A program made the translations under genes and the position numbers. The notes beneath the pieces are model-generated. The model made no database searches and was not told where the DNA came from. It saw nothing but the letters and a program-made list of their open reading frames with translations. A stretch of 64,000 bases of DNA from Eledone cirrhosa (taxonomy: Eukaryota): NCBI GenBank assembly GCA_964016885.1, contig OZ024743.1, positions 12,462,001 through 12,526,000 of the forward strand, given 5' to 3'. Position 1 is the first letter of the stretch; every line of letters begins with the position of its first letter. Positions 39,755-52,377 of this stretch are shown piece after piece.

Positions 39755-41844
39755 TCTGAAAAATATATATACATACACATATAGTTAGTCTTTACGTTTT
39801 TAGTTCAAATCCCGCTATGGTAACTTTGCCTTTTGGTGTCGATAAAATAAAGTACCTGGTGTCGATTTAATCGATTTTTTCTTCCCTTGACCTGCTGGCT
39901 TTGTACTTAAATTAGAAACTTACTTAGGCTCATCCAGTAGCTTATTACTCTGGAGATTGCCCTAACAAATTTAAATCAAATATTAAATATCTTTATCAAT
40001 GCACTATACTTCTAAATGAAACTCGCTCTCTAATCGATCGACAAGATCCCAGATTATTCGCTTGCTGTCATCGGACCAAGGAAACAATGTTTCCATTGGT
40101 CTTCCACAACTCCTGATAGAAGGAGCAACGTGAAATAAAGTGTCTTGTTCAAAGACACAACGCATCATCCGGTCCGAGAATTGAACTCACAATAGCGAAT
40201 CCAAGTTTCTAACCACCAAGCCACGCGCCTTCACTTAAATCAAACTAATGGCCCAATAATTCGGGGATTGTAGATAGCTTTACTTCATGGGGACAAATTT
40301 AACTCAACATTGCAAACGAACAAAATACTTGTGAACTCCAGTGCTGCCACTGGCTACAAAGGTGAAATATACGGTCTGTAGTATCAAGTTAGACTGTGAC
40401 AAAATACAAAGCATTGGCGTGTTAGTTTGGCCTTGTGTCTAAATCAGAACCATTATTAACCCCTTTGTTACCATATTTCTAATGAAGTAGACTGCCCATT
40501 AAATCAATTTTGAAAATAATAATAAATTGAGTAATCATAACTAAGTTTACCCTTTATAAATTCATGGCATGAATATTTTCATGAAGTTTTTTATGATCTA
40601 TTCATCATAACGAAGTACTTGTATCACACATTCTGTTAATTACATCTATTAATGGTAATCCTTCTCCAGACCTCCTTTTAAGTCTACCAGACAAACCACA
40701 TTGAGTGAAAACGAATTTTTATTTGTATTTTAGTTCGTTATATTTTTTAACGTTTATTATCATTAAATTTTTTTCCTCCGTACATCACAAGAGATTGGCA
40801 ATCTCTTGTGATGTACGGAAAGGAATACACATTTGAACGATCAAAAACTTGTGCACGACATGTATAACTTCTACGAAAATGAAAATAAACGACTTCCGGT
40901 GCTGAAACTGCCATAGTCATTGTTTACATCAAGTAGACCTAAGACGAAAGATCAACCAATCTTATTTTACCTAATTATCGACTTTAATACATTACACAAA
41001 GAATTTTGGGTGAATTCCCGATGTAAAGAAAAGTGCAATCGACGTTAACGATATTTGAATTCGGGATATCACGACACCAAAATAACTATCATATTAATAA
41101 TATACTCCAAATTACTATCAAAGTTTCTGTATCAAAGAGTAATATATTATATTTAAAAAGACAACACGAAGGAGCAAGTGCAAGTTATCTAAAATACACA
41201 ACATTAATACACGTGTTCGAATAGATTGGGCTGATATATTTTTATTTGTTAGTTAACAAAATATGTATCAAGTTCACATTATACTTGATAATGTTGATTT
41301 CAAATAATCGTGGTTAATAAATAAATTGAAATAACTTCACTTACCTCCTGTATTAAATTGCAAAATATAAATCAATAGGTTATCACGTTAAGCACGTAAA
41401 TATATAAGTATTCGATTGTAATTAAACTCGAAAATTACCGGGTTGGTTATCCTAACTTACAAAATGCAAAATGTGATATGATTGACTTTCGGTTTCGCTT
41501 TAAAATTAAATATATATATATATATATATATTATTACAATTATATTTTTTAACCTTAACTTCATATATTACCAATTAACTGATACTTCAATTGAAAAATT
41601 TAAACTGATTAAATTTATGTCAAATCAATTTAGCAAATGAAAAAATGTTATTAATGAAATATCATATACTAATTTTTAGTTTATTCCGTTTTGAGGTTGA
41701 TTTCTTCGTTTCGTTTATGACGTTATCTCATTTTGTGTTTTTTACTTCGCCGGTTATCATTGAGAGTTATTCCCTCTTTACCTGACTTTATATATGTTTC
41801 TTCTTTTTTTGTTTACTCTTTCGCGCAATTTCTATACCTATTAT

Positions 41845-42346
41845 TATTGTTATTTCACAGCAGTTATAAACTCTAGATAGTTTTAAGCTACAAATTTTTC
41901 CGTGGACAGAAGTTAGATATGCGTCATTTTATAAAGGACTAAGAAATCTAAAACGTAGTCAAATCCATTCTACTTCTTTTGTCCACGGTATGATGGAGTC
42001 ATTGTTTACTTTTCAGGAATGACGCTAAACTTGTATTTTATAAGAAAAGATATACTTTACACTAGATTTCAAATTATCCGCCCAAATGAATTGTTTATTG
42101 GCTCTGCTTCCCGCAAAGCCGAAGAGGGATAATTGTCCAAGTATCGGCTGCTCTCGAATTTGTCGTAGAGCCTGTAGCAGTGGAGAATTCCGGCGTTCTT
42201 TGCCTTCCGATCACATCCCCATTCACTGCTATCGGAGCGGAGTTGGCTTCCCACAGGTGCGAGCCCCACGAGGTGGAGTGGCTGTTCAGTCCTCCGGGGT
42301 AATGCATTCTCCATCTTGTCAGCCGGATACTCGTTCGGACGTCATT
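41845..42346 (-). ncRNA. Unassigned highly structured RNA candidate
   Basis: GC-rich island with at least 7 nested helices; G-U pairs work only on the minus strand. Confidence 0.5.
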
Positions 42347-42486
42347 TTCATACAAGTATTGAGTACCTTTTTAACTGGTGTATAAATAGTAATAAAAATT
42401 ACAAAACAAGCAAAATGAATTAATTAGATATTTATGAATACACACTCACACATATATATACATTCATTTTATTAAGGCTAAATAAT

Positions 42487-42670
42487 TGTTTCTACTTTAG
42501 GCACAAGGCCAGCAATTACCCAGTGCATTACTGGTACTTTATTTTATCGACCCCGTAAGGATGAAAGGCAAAGTCAACCTCGGCGGGATTTGAACTCAGA
42601 TCGTAAAGGGACGTAACTATGCTGGAAAGCATGGTGTCCGACCCTCTACTGATACTGCCAATCCACCGCC
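42487..42670 (-). mobile_element. Young SINE copy with 16-bp TSD
   Basis: attaaggctaaataat at 42471-42486 and 42671-42686. Confidence 0.9.
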
Positions 42671-43533
42671 ATTAAGGCTAAATAATGAGTCTTTTTACTC
42701 TGGAGTTACACCTATTTATCAGTTATCAGCATATTAAAACTCTACTTCTGTATTGAGTATTCCTTTCTCTCAGCCGTCAACCACATACGGATATATATAT
42801 ATAAGCGCAAAGTTCTCGGCGGACTGGATTGATGTCCAGCCTGTGGCCAACATTGGTGTTCTCAGTTAGGACGGGATATGTATCTCCATTGCATTCCGAA
42901 TTGGAGCCTATGTCTGTTGGGGTCTGAGATGTCGCTGTGGTAGGTCCCTCGACTCCACAGGCCTACATGGTTTGTCCTTCTCCTGAATGCTGGTCGTTCG
43001 CCCGCCACACTTAGCTAAACCTGATCATTAAACGGGCTCTAGCTCGGGGTAAATATCCCGTTCTGGAGCTGACTGGATTATCCAGAAGTGATGGGAAGAG
43101 ACCAGACGGCCTTACCCATTGTCCCTGGGTAAGAGGCAGGTGTCTCATCTGGGACACCACAGCCTGTGGCGTTTGAGTAGTTTGGTGGAGTTGGGCCACT
43201 GACAGCAAAGTTCTTATCATCGTTGGCGTCTTGCCTTACTGAGGTGTCAGGTGATGCCCATGAGGGTGCCTGGTTGTTTCAGCACCTTAGCCTCGCCATC
43301 TCCTGTGGTAATGCTGCAAGCATATTGGTTTGCTTCAAAATGTTCCTTTGGCCCTTGTGATGTGCAGACAATTGTCGCACGTGGTAAATTGGTGGTCATT
43401 TCTGTTTTTGTTTCCCTTTATTTTTACACACACACACCCACATATATATCCGTATGTGTTGACGGCTGAGAGAAAGAATTACTCAATACCGAAGTAGAGT
43501 TTAATATTCATTTTATTATGGCTAAATAGTGAG

Positions 43534-43583
43534 TCTTGTTACTCTGGAGTTTCACCTATTTATCACAGGATCATCAGACAAGA
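43534..43583 (-). ncRNA. Type I hammerhead ribozyme
   Basis: ucuugu-CUGAUGA-u-ccug/uagg-u-GAAA-cuc/gag-UA^acaaga; 6-bp stem I, GUA triplet. Confidence 0.82.
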
Positions 43584-43689
43584 ACTCTAGAGTAACAATC
43601 CAACTCATTTATACCATATCACATCATATTCCATTACTATTTTTCCACATATTAAAGCATTTTCGCCAAGACTACACAAGAGTCACCTC

Positions 43690-44630
43690 CCTTGAGCTAT
43701 GAGTTTACACATTTTTCTCGTTCTCTTTCCTACAATCAGACCTGGACATAATGCAGCAATGGATCACAGACTGGCAACTGAAGCTGGCTGTGGCCAAGTG
43801 TACCACCATGCATTTGGGGAGGAAAAATCCAGCGTCCACATACTCCCTCCACAACACTGATATCAAGAAGTCCTCTTGTGAACGTGACATGGGCATTACT
43901 GTCAGCAGCGATTTGCGTTGGACAAAGCACATCTCTAAAATTGTCAAGAAGGCCGAGGGTGTCTTGGCATCACTCATCAAGACCTTTGTTAGCCGCTCTC
44001 CAGCCATCTATTTAAAGCTCTATACAGCTATGGTACGACCACACTTGGAATTCGCATCATCAGTCGTCTGGAACCCTTATCTTGCTCAGAACATTCACCT
44101 CCTAGAAACTGTTCAGAGACGTGCAACCAAGCGCATACCCTCCATCAGACATCTACCATACTCTGAACGCCTTGCTTCCCTCTGCATGGATTCATTGAAG
44201 CTCCGACGTCTGGCAATGGACTTGGTAAACACCCACAAAATTATTAACCATCTCGCCAACAACAACCCTGGGCACCTTTTTGATCTCCATGTGTCTAACA
44301 TACGTGGACACGCCTACGAAGTCAGAAAACAGCACAGCTCCCATGCCTTTCGGAAACATTTTTTTACGCTTAGAGTTGCTGAAGCATGGAACAAACTGCC
44401 TCCGTCAGTTGTTAGCTGCCGAGACACTGCATTCTTTAAAACCCTCATGCTTCCCAAAATTCGCCAAAACTACATCTGATGTCCCCCTTTCATACACATG
44501 CACACATGTGTATATCATGCACTGTTCATTTTCGTGACGTTTGTACATTACCCTATGTACTATACATACTCTTTTGATGAGTTGTAGTGCACCTGAGCAC
44601 TGTACACAATATTTTCATTATTATTATTCA
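43690..44630 (+). mobile_element. CR1-like LINE 3' portion (open 242-aa ORF2 C-terminus at 43751-44479)
   Basis: WQLKLAVAKC, LYTAMVRPHLEFAS.VWNPY, LETVQRRATK, FFTLRVAEAWNKLP; (ATT)n tail. Confidence 0.93.
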
Positions 44631-44814
44631 CAAGGGATCTCATTCAGATATCTTGTCTATATCTGATGAAAAGTCATGGGTCGTCGGTTCGCTTATGTAT
44701 TCTGGAGCAGTCTGCAGATGCTCTTTGCGCCTACGTCTTGAAACCTAAGATAGTGTGATAATTGTTACGTGTATGAATCATAATGTATATATATATACAT
44801 ATATATATATATAT

Positions 44815-46745
44815 CGTCGTCGTGCTTTAACGTCCATCTTCCACGCTAACATGGGTTAAACGGTTTTGTTCCATTTGATGCTGGATTGGTCGGGAGACCG
44901 CGTCTCGCTCGTATGGAAGTGTCTCTGGAGGTTTTCTACGGCTGGATGCCCTTCATAACACCAATCACTTTTACAGTGTGGACTGGGAGCCTTTTTACCG
45001 TGTCTCCTATACGACTACTTTACAGTGTGGACTGAGTGCTTTTTGTTGTCACCGACACAGTAGACAGAAATGGGAGGATAGGGGAGGGTGTATATTGGGT
45101 TAAGAGGTGCCTACTGACTGTAGGTTTGTATGCAAGGGAAGGCAGGTCTTCTGTACAACTGCATGGTGCCAAAGATCTCGATCCAATGACATTGTCTTAG
45201 AGAGGTGTTAGTGATCAAGGTCAGTTTTTATCACCTCATCCCAAGTTTTTCTTGGTTTACCCATTCCATAGCTTCCATCAATTTTCATTGTTCTGCACTT
45301 TTTTATACAGTTGTCGTCCTTCATACGCATCACTTGGCCATACCAACGCAATCTCCTCTCCAGAACACACATTTGTTATACCTCTTATGCTTAGTCTCTC
45401 TCTCAATTCGTTTATGCTTTGCGGTTCGCGTACATTACTATTACACATCCATTGGAGCATACAGGCTTCATTTCTTTCTAATCTATGCAGGTCTTCAGCA
45501 CACAATGCCCAGGTCTCACTACCATGTAATATTGCTGTTCGTATACAAGTATCATACAATCTGCCTTTCACTTTTAGAGAAAAACCCCTTGTGGCCAACA
45601 GCTGTATTAGCTCTTTGAACTTTTTCCATCCCGTTCTAACTCTGGCTACTACACTTTCAGAGCACCCTCCTCCACTGCTGATTTTGTCACCCAGGTAACG
45701 GAAAGTGTCTACTATTTCTATAGAACCATCTGGGCAGTTGAAGGAGAAAGCATCCAGTGGGTCCTTGTTACTTACTGCACCTGAGCATCAGCCACATATA
45801 AAATCTACATTTTTAGATAGTTTACCTGTGAACCCATAGTTTGTATTTGGGGCATACAATGGAATTTTTACCTACTTCTTTCTTACACACTGAGCATGGC
45901 CATTTCCCAGAGGGCACCTGTGCCTATTCTCATTTCTACATACTAGAACTTTAGTCTTAGACAAGTTAACTCTAAGGCCTTTTGATTCTAGGCCATGCTT
46001 CCATGTTTGGAACTTCTCTAGTTCAGCCATGGATTCACCTATGAGAGTTAGATCATCTGCATATAGAAGTTTCCATGGGCAGCCAGTCTTAAACCCTTGT
46101 TATAGCTGTAGGACAATAATAAACAGGAGGGGGCTAAGGACAGAGCCCTGGTGAACCCCTACTATTACGCTAAATTCATCACTATATTCATTGTTAATTC
46201 TAACCTTGCTGACTGTTCCTCTATACATGGCTTGTATAGCTCTCACAGACTGTTCATCTACTCCTTGTTTTCTAAGAGCCCACCAGATTAAGGTGTGTAG
46301 GACTCTGTTAAAGGCCTTCTCCAAGTCAACAAAAGCTAAGTAGAGGGGTTTACTTTTAGCTAGGTACTTCTGTAGTTGCTGTACAAGGAAAAGAGTATCC
46401 GTGGTGCTTTTACCTGGCACAAACCCAAACTGCATTTCATCTAGATCAATTTGGTCTCTAATCAGTTGAGTAATAACTTTTTCTGTGACTTTCATGACCT
46501 GGTCAACTAACTTAATGCTCCTGTAGTTTTCGCTGCCCTGGACGTCTCCTTTTCCCTTGTAACATTTGACGATGCTGCTGCTGCTATGCCAGTCATTTGG
46601 TATGACCTCATTCTGTATTACTTGGTTTACTATCCGGGTGACCATAGTATGTCTCACCATTCCAGATGCCTTCAACATTTCAGGAACTATCCCTGAAGAC
46701 CCCCCTGCCTTCATATCTCTGATTGCCTTACTGACTATACTACCA
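44815..46745 (-). mobile_element. RTE-clade LINE (RT to 3' end) plus SINE-like tail
   Basis: NYRSIKL, QFGFVPG, AFVDLEKAF, GVHQGSVLSPLLF, LLYADDL, LHGSETW. Confidence 0.92.
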
Positions 46746-47330
46746 TTATATATATATATAAATAAAATATGGAGGCAAAACATGATTCACCAATCTGTCT
46801 AGTAATAGATCATGACAATCCTAACCCATGTCAGTATGGAAAGCGGATGTAAATGATTATGATGTATATACATTTTAATTCAGATCATATTTAATCCATT
46901 TGTCTTCTGCCTAAGGAATTATGCCTCACTAGCATGCAGCATTACATGCTTCATACAATCTACTTTTATATAGCATGCTTGTAGCCAAAAGAGATAACAA
47001 CTCCCAACAATTAAATAAACAAACATAATACAAAATCTGAATTGAAATATAACATCTCAGGAAATGCTTGACTTTTATTGAATGAACATTTAGCATCTTC
47101 TTATACATAAAACAAAAAACATAAGTCATATTTTATTATCAAATTGGAAAAATGGATATACCATTATATAATATAAAATAACACTGATCAATAACTAAAT
47201 TAAAAAAAATATGTATATGCTACTTTGGAAGAAAACAAAATTGTTATCCACTTAGAACAAGTAATACTTTCTACGTATGATGACCAAATATTATCTTTGG
47301 CTTTTATATATACATGTGCATAATTCTTGT

Positions 47331-48640
47331 TCACAGATTTTCATTCATAAAATTAATTAAGCGACTAAATGCAAGTTGACAAGATGCACTGTGAAATCCT
47401 GGTGATGTAGCATTGGTAAATGCATGCCCAGCATCATAGACATGGAATTCATGTTTTACTTTAGCGCCATCAAGTTTCTTGCGGAGAGCTTCTTGATCAG
47501 CTGCAGAAGAGAAACCAACTACAGCATCGTTTTTACCAAAATGGCACTGCAGAGGAATCTTAATCTTTGTAACATCTGCAATATTTTCCCCAGGAATTCC
47601 ATAAAATGGTGCAGAAGCATTGATCTCTGGAACACGGACAGCTGCAGCAAAAGCCAGGGCTCCACCCATACAAAAACCAATTACGCCAATCTGTTATTCA
47701 AATAAAAAGTGAATGAATTTATGTTTTAATTGATTGTGCAATAAATACAAAGAAGATGTGGCATAAATGGTATAGCATGAGAGTAAATTCTTTACAATGT
47801 TTAGGTTTGTACTTCTTAAGTGGGATTTTGCCCTCAATATCTGCGAAGTTATTAAAATATGTACGAATCATAAAGTGGAGTTTATTCAATCAGTGACACT
47901 CATTCATTATAATATCACCTTGATGATATATCTTACTTTGTCATTTCGCTATTTGATATGATATAGATATAATGAGATAAAGCTCGCTTGAGCTATATGT
48001 TACTTCCATCCTTGTATTTCATCAAATACCTATATAACCGAAGGGGGATCCAAACAAACAAGAACCTCCTCATGGCTGCTCAAAATAGCAGCCAAACCTC
48101 ACTGAAATCACATTTTATTGTTTTAAAAAAGAACATATTGAATAATGTACTCTTAGATATACTAAATAACAGGACAGTCACCTTTTAAATCACAAGTCTA
48201 CTCAATTAAGACTGGATTGATCTGGAGCTAAACAACAAAAGGGATCTTGTGAGATATGGGCAATGCTCATTCTCTTAAGACAAAACACTAAAAACAAACT
48301 GTGTAACAAAAATCTTGCTCACCTTCATACATCCTAAATCAAGAAGGTACTCAGCAGCACCTTTGATGTCTTGAACGGCACCATCCCAGTCAAGGTTGGT
48401 CATCAAATGATTAGCTTCCTCATTATCAGTTGCCAGCTTACCACGGTACAGGTCAGGAACAAGGGCAACAAATGGACCTCTTGATGCCAAGTCAGCAGCT
48501 TCATCTTGAATTTGTTGGTTCATTCCCCACCATTCTTGTAAAACAATGAGGCCTCGTTTTGTCTTTGTTGGATCTCCAACCAGCACTCCAGGGCATGCAC
48601 CTTGCTTGTTCTCAGATGGAAATGTAATACTTTTACTCAT
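47331..48640 (-). CDS. Dienelactone hydrolase family protein (Usf-like carboxymethylenebutenolidase), 225 aa, 2 coding exons
   Basis: Exons 48323-48640 and 47331-47690 in phase 0; motifs LQEWWG, PDLYRG, GFCMGG (Cys nucleophile), GKND, AGHAF; probable 5'UTR exon 53586-about 53660 with upstream TATA-like run. Confidence 0.93.
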
Positions 48641-49747
48641 AGTTCTATCAAAAGTGAAAAGAAAAACATCTTAACCCTTTAGCTTTTTACAGTTCATGGT
48701 ATTAGCTGTCAGAAGTAAAAGTAGGGGAAGGTTGACGAATGACGTCACATATTTTCATAGTTATGGTTATCAATATAAAAAACAAGTCATTTTCACCAAC
48801 AGTGGAGTTAACTTAAATGAAAATATAGGTGGCCCTTAAAAGGGCCAAATTATGGTTATCAAATTTTTTTCACCAACCCTATACATTTATGAAGAAATGT
48901 TTAGAAAACAAATTATTTTCACCAACCTTATTCAAAAGCATGGATACAGTGCCCATGGAGACAAGCGACAGTCCCCATGGAGACAATTCCCACCAATCAG
49001 CAACAATCATCACCAACACCACGTGTAAATAAATAAACTTTAATCTTCACTTTGTGATAATACACGCATCTGCAAGTTGAAAAATGAGTTCTATAATATA
49101 TCCAAGTGTTAAGGGAATTAACCATCGCGATCTTTCCATCGCTACCGCTACTACAGCAGATACCGTCAATTGGTTGAAAATTCAAGGACTTCTGAATACA
49201 CAAAATGTCTGCCTTTCATGTGGTCAACGAATGTTGGAAGTAGCGAAACAAAATGTGTCAGATGGGATTATCTGGTCATGTAAAAGACCATGTAGAAAAC
49301 AGGTTTCTATTAGAAAATCACATTTTTAGAAAATAGCAATTTGAAGTGTGAACAAATAGTTGATATTTTTGGGCAAAAGAAGACTTAGCCAAGAAGATTT
49401 CAGAGGAATGTCGTATCGCGAATGTGGCCGTAGCAGATTGGCAAAATTTTTGCTGTGATGTATGTGCAGAGTACTATGTGGCACAAAACATTAAGCTTGG
49501 CGGGCCAAACCGAATTGTTGAGATTGATGAAAGCGCATTTGTGAGAAGGAAATACCATCATGGCCATTCTGTGAAAACACAGTGAGTTTTTGGTGCTTTG
49601 GAAAGAGGTACCAGAAGATGTATTTAAGTAGCAGTAGAAGACAGGACAGCGGAGACACTTTTAACCATTATACAGGATCGTATATTGCCAGGGACAACCA
49701 TAATATCTGATCTCTGGCCTTCCTATAATACAATCGATCAGCTAGAC

Positions 49748-52377
49748 CACAGGTTCTCAACCCATTTAGGCCAAACGCCCCCTTTTGTCCCTCGAAATCA
49801 CGAAACACCCCCCTACCCTATTTTTCCATTTTTCAATATACTACTGATTTTGATATCTGTAGATTACTAAAAAATTGATTATCAATATTCCAAAGATACC
49901 ATTGCAGGCAGCTGAGAGTATAAATACATTCCTTGAAAGGAAATATATAAATTTCAAAAAAAGGAACATAAATGTTCTTTTTTATGAATAAGGACCAGTT
50001 GAATTTGTTATATTCCCACCAGGCGATACCAACTATTTTGAACATTTATACAAGAGCAACTCTGTCTATCCAAAGAGTGCTCTTATCTGGAAGAAAGTGG
50101 CAATTATATCATTTCAAAGCTTTCCAATTTTCCCTTTAATGAAACAGACAGAATAAATGTTGATATCTAACTTGATGTCCCCTCTGCTTTGTGAGCTTAG
50201 AGACCACGGAAGAGGGTTTTCATGACCACGCGGGAGGGTATATTTATTAGTAAATGGTAAAATATATACAACAAATGAGTAAGTGAATTGTGGTAGATAG
50301 TTTCCAGTCCAGTCAGACTGCAACTACAAATAAAAAAAATTGTTAGTTTGCTTTGTAACAATAGCATATCTAAGTTTTCGGATAAATCAACTTACTTTAA
50401 CTTTGACCTCATTTCAATGGGACCCTTGAACTTTATGGAGTCTAGCTAACTCTTTGACGTCAGGCTGGATTTTTCGTAAGATGTAGCCGGAGATCTCCAC
50501 ATGTAATTACATTGTAGCGGTTGCAAGCCTTACTGTGCAGTCTGGAAACAGCACCAAACCTCCTCTTGACTAAGTATGAGCTTGGAAAATACAGAGCAAA
50601 TCTCTTAGCCTCTGCATGTAGGTGTGGAAATCGACGCTGAATTTCCTCTTGCATCCAAAAAAGGGGTTCACCTATTTTGGGAAATCTAATTTTGATCATG
50701 TCATCTGTTGGAAGTTCAATGAATTCTTCCTGAAATATAACGTCCAAATCATCGACGTTAGCTGTGAAGGGATCTGCTACCCACATTAGGATGTCCATCG
50801 GCAAAAGGTGGACAAACCGTTCTCTCATGTTGTCTTGTAGCGCACAGAGGTGAGCGGTATAAATTTGGAGTTGGTCATCGCTACAATGTTTTGAACATTG
50901 GCGACACTAGGAAAATTATAGAATTCCCGTCAACAAAGATTCCTTTCGATGACATTCAATTTGGCCAGGAATGTTTTCACAGCATTCCTTGATTTAAGCA
51001 AGGTGATCTTCTGTAAAGCCAAAATGACGCTATTGCATTTATCGACGATGTTGGTGAGGTAGGCGCAGTTTTGCCTCACATCGAGGGTTTTCTTGTACAG
51101 TTCTGTGTTGCGTCCTCGCAGAAACTCAATGATAGAGTCAAACAGTTCAAAGAAGTGAGTAAGGCACTTGCCCTTTGAAAGCCACCTCACTTCATTATGA
51201 AGGAGCAACTTGACGAATTCTTCGTCATTATCTTGGCACAGTTGCCGGAAAATTCGTTCATTGAGGGAATGCCATTTGATAAAATTGATGACATCAAGGG
51301 CCACCTGCAAGGACTTGCTCAGTGGCTTGCTGAGTTTCTTCACAGCCAAGTGTTGTCGATGAATGACACAATGAACAACAAATACAGATAGATTTTCTCT
51401 CTTCAGAAGTGACGAAACCCTTATGTTGGCCGACCATTGCTCTAGCGTCGTCCGTAGCACGATACAATGTGTGTGTTGTATTTGGTCCTAGATGTATGTA
51501 TTACCTGCCTGTGTGTTGTAGGTAGTCATAGATGTATGTATTACCTGTTTATGTATTGCATGTGGTCCTAGATGTATGTATTACCTGAATATGTGTTGTA
51601 TGTGGTCCTAGATGTTTGTATTACCTGATTATGTGGTCCTAGATGTTTGTATCACCTGCTTATGTGTTGTATGTGGTCCTAAATGTATGTATTACTTGCC
51701 TGTGTGTTGTATGTGGTCCTAGATGTGTGTGCTACCTCCTTATGTGTTGCATGTAGTCCTAGATGTGTGTATTACCTGCTTATGTGTTGTATGTGGTCCT
51801 AGATGTATGTATTACCTGCTTATGTGTTGTATGTGGTCCTAGATGTGTGTATTATCTGATTATGTGTTGTATGTGGTCCTAGATGTGTGTGCTACCAGCT
51901 TGTGTGTTTTTTTATTTTTTTTTATTTGTAATATTATTTATACAATAGGAAATAAAATAGATCTACATAGTGTTAACTCGTTACGGTTGAGTCAATAATT
52001 TCAGACATGAAATACATTGTTATCGGTGAAGGAAAGACAAGATTCTAACTGGCTGCGATTGAAGTGTCCTTGACCCAGTTGACTGTGGGTTTTTCCATTG
52101 TTAGGATCTCAATTGCCGGTTAATGTCTAAACACACCTGCACACCTGCGGTCAGACCATAGTTATGCTGTCTGCATGCTCATTCAAATGCATTCACACTG
52201 GCTGTCTCAAAGACATACAAATATGGCTTATAAAACTTACCAAAGTAAAGAGCCTTCCAGTGCACTCCAAAGGTCCAAACGCCCCCCTAATGCCCCCTTG
52301 CTCCCAAACGCCCCCCCCCCCCCTAGATTTCCGAAACGCCTCCTGGGGGTGCATATGCCCCCCGTTGAGAACCTTTG
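49748..52377 (-). mobile_element. hAT Buster/Charlie-type transposon with degenerate transposase (50460-51460)
   Basis: TIRs ca(c/a)aggttctcaac, 8-bp TSD agcTAgac/tgcTAgac; HCVIHRQHLA, HNEVRWLSKG, FPSSYLV, GDLRLHLT. Confidence 0.93.
51470..51905. repeat. 40-bp minisatellite inside the hAT element
   Basis: Unit tatgtgttgtatgtggtcctagatgtatgtattacctgct, about 11 copies. Confidence 0.9.

Noticed and set aside
41845-42346. Telomerase RNA, RNase P/MRP, 7SK, SRP, U7 or U11 identity
   Set aside because: No CUAACCCU template, no properly spaced P4 (CR-I/CR-V) pair, no paired GAUC stem, no SRP helix-8 motif; the U7-like aatttgtc is on the disfavoured strand
42069-42385. Overlapping 81-99 aa ORFs
   Set aside because: No recognisable domain; open frames are expected from local GC richness
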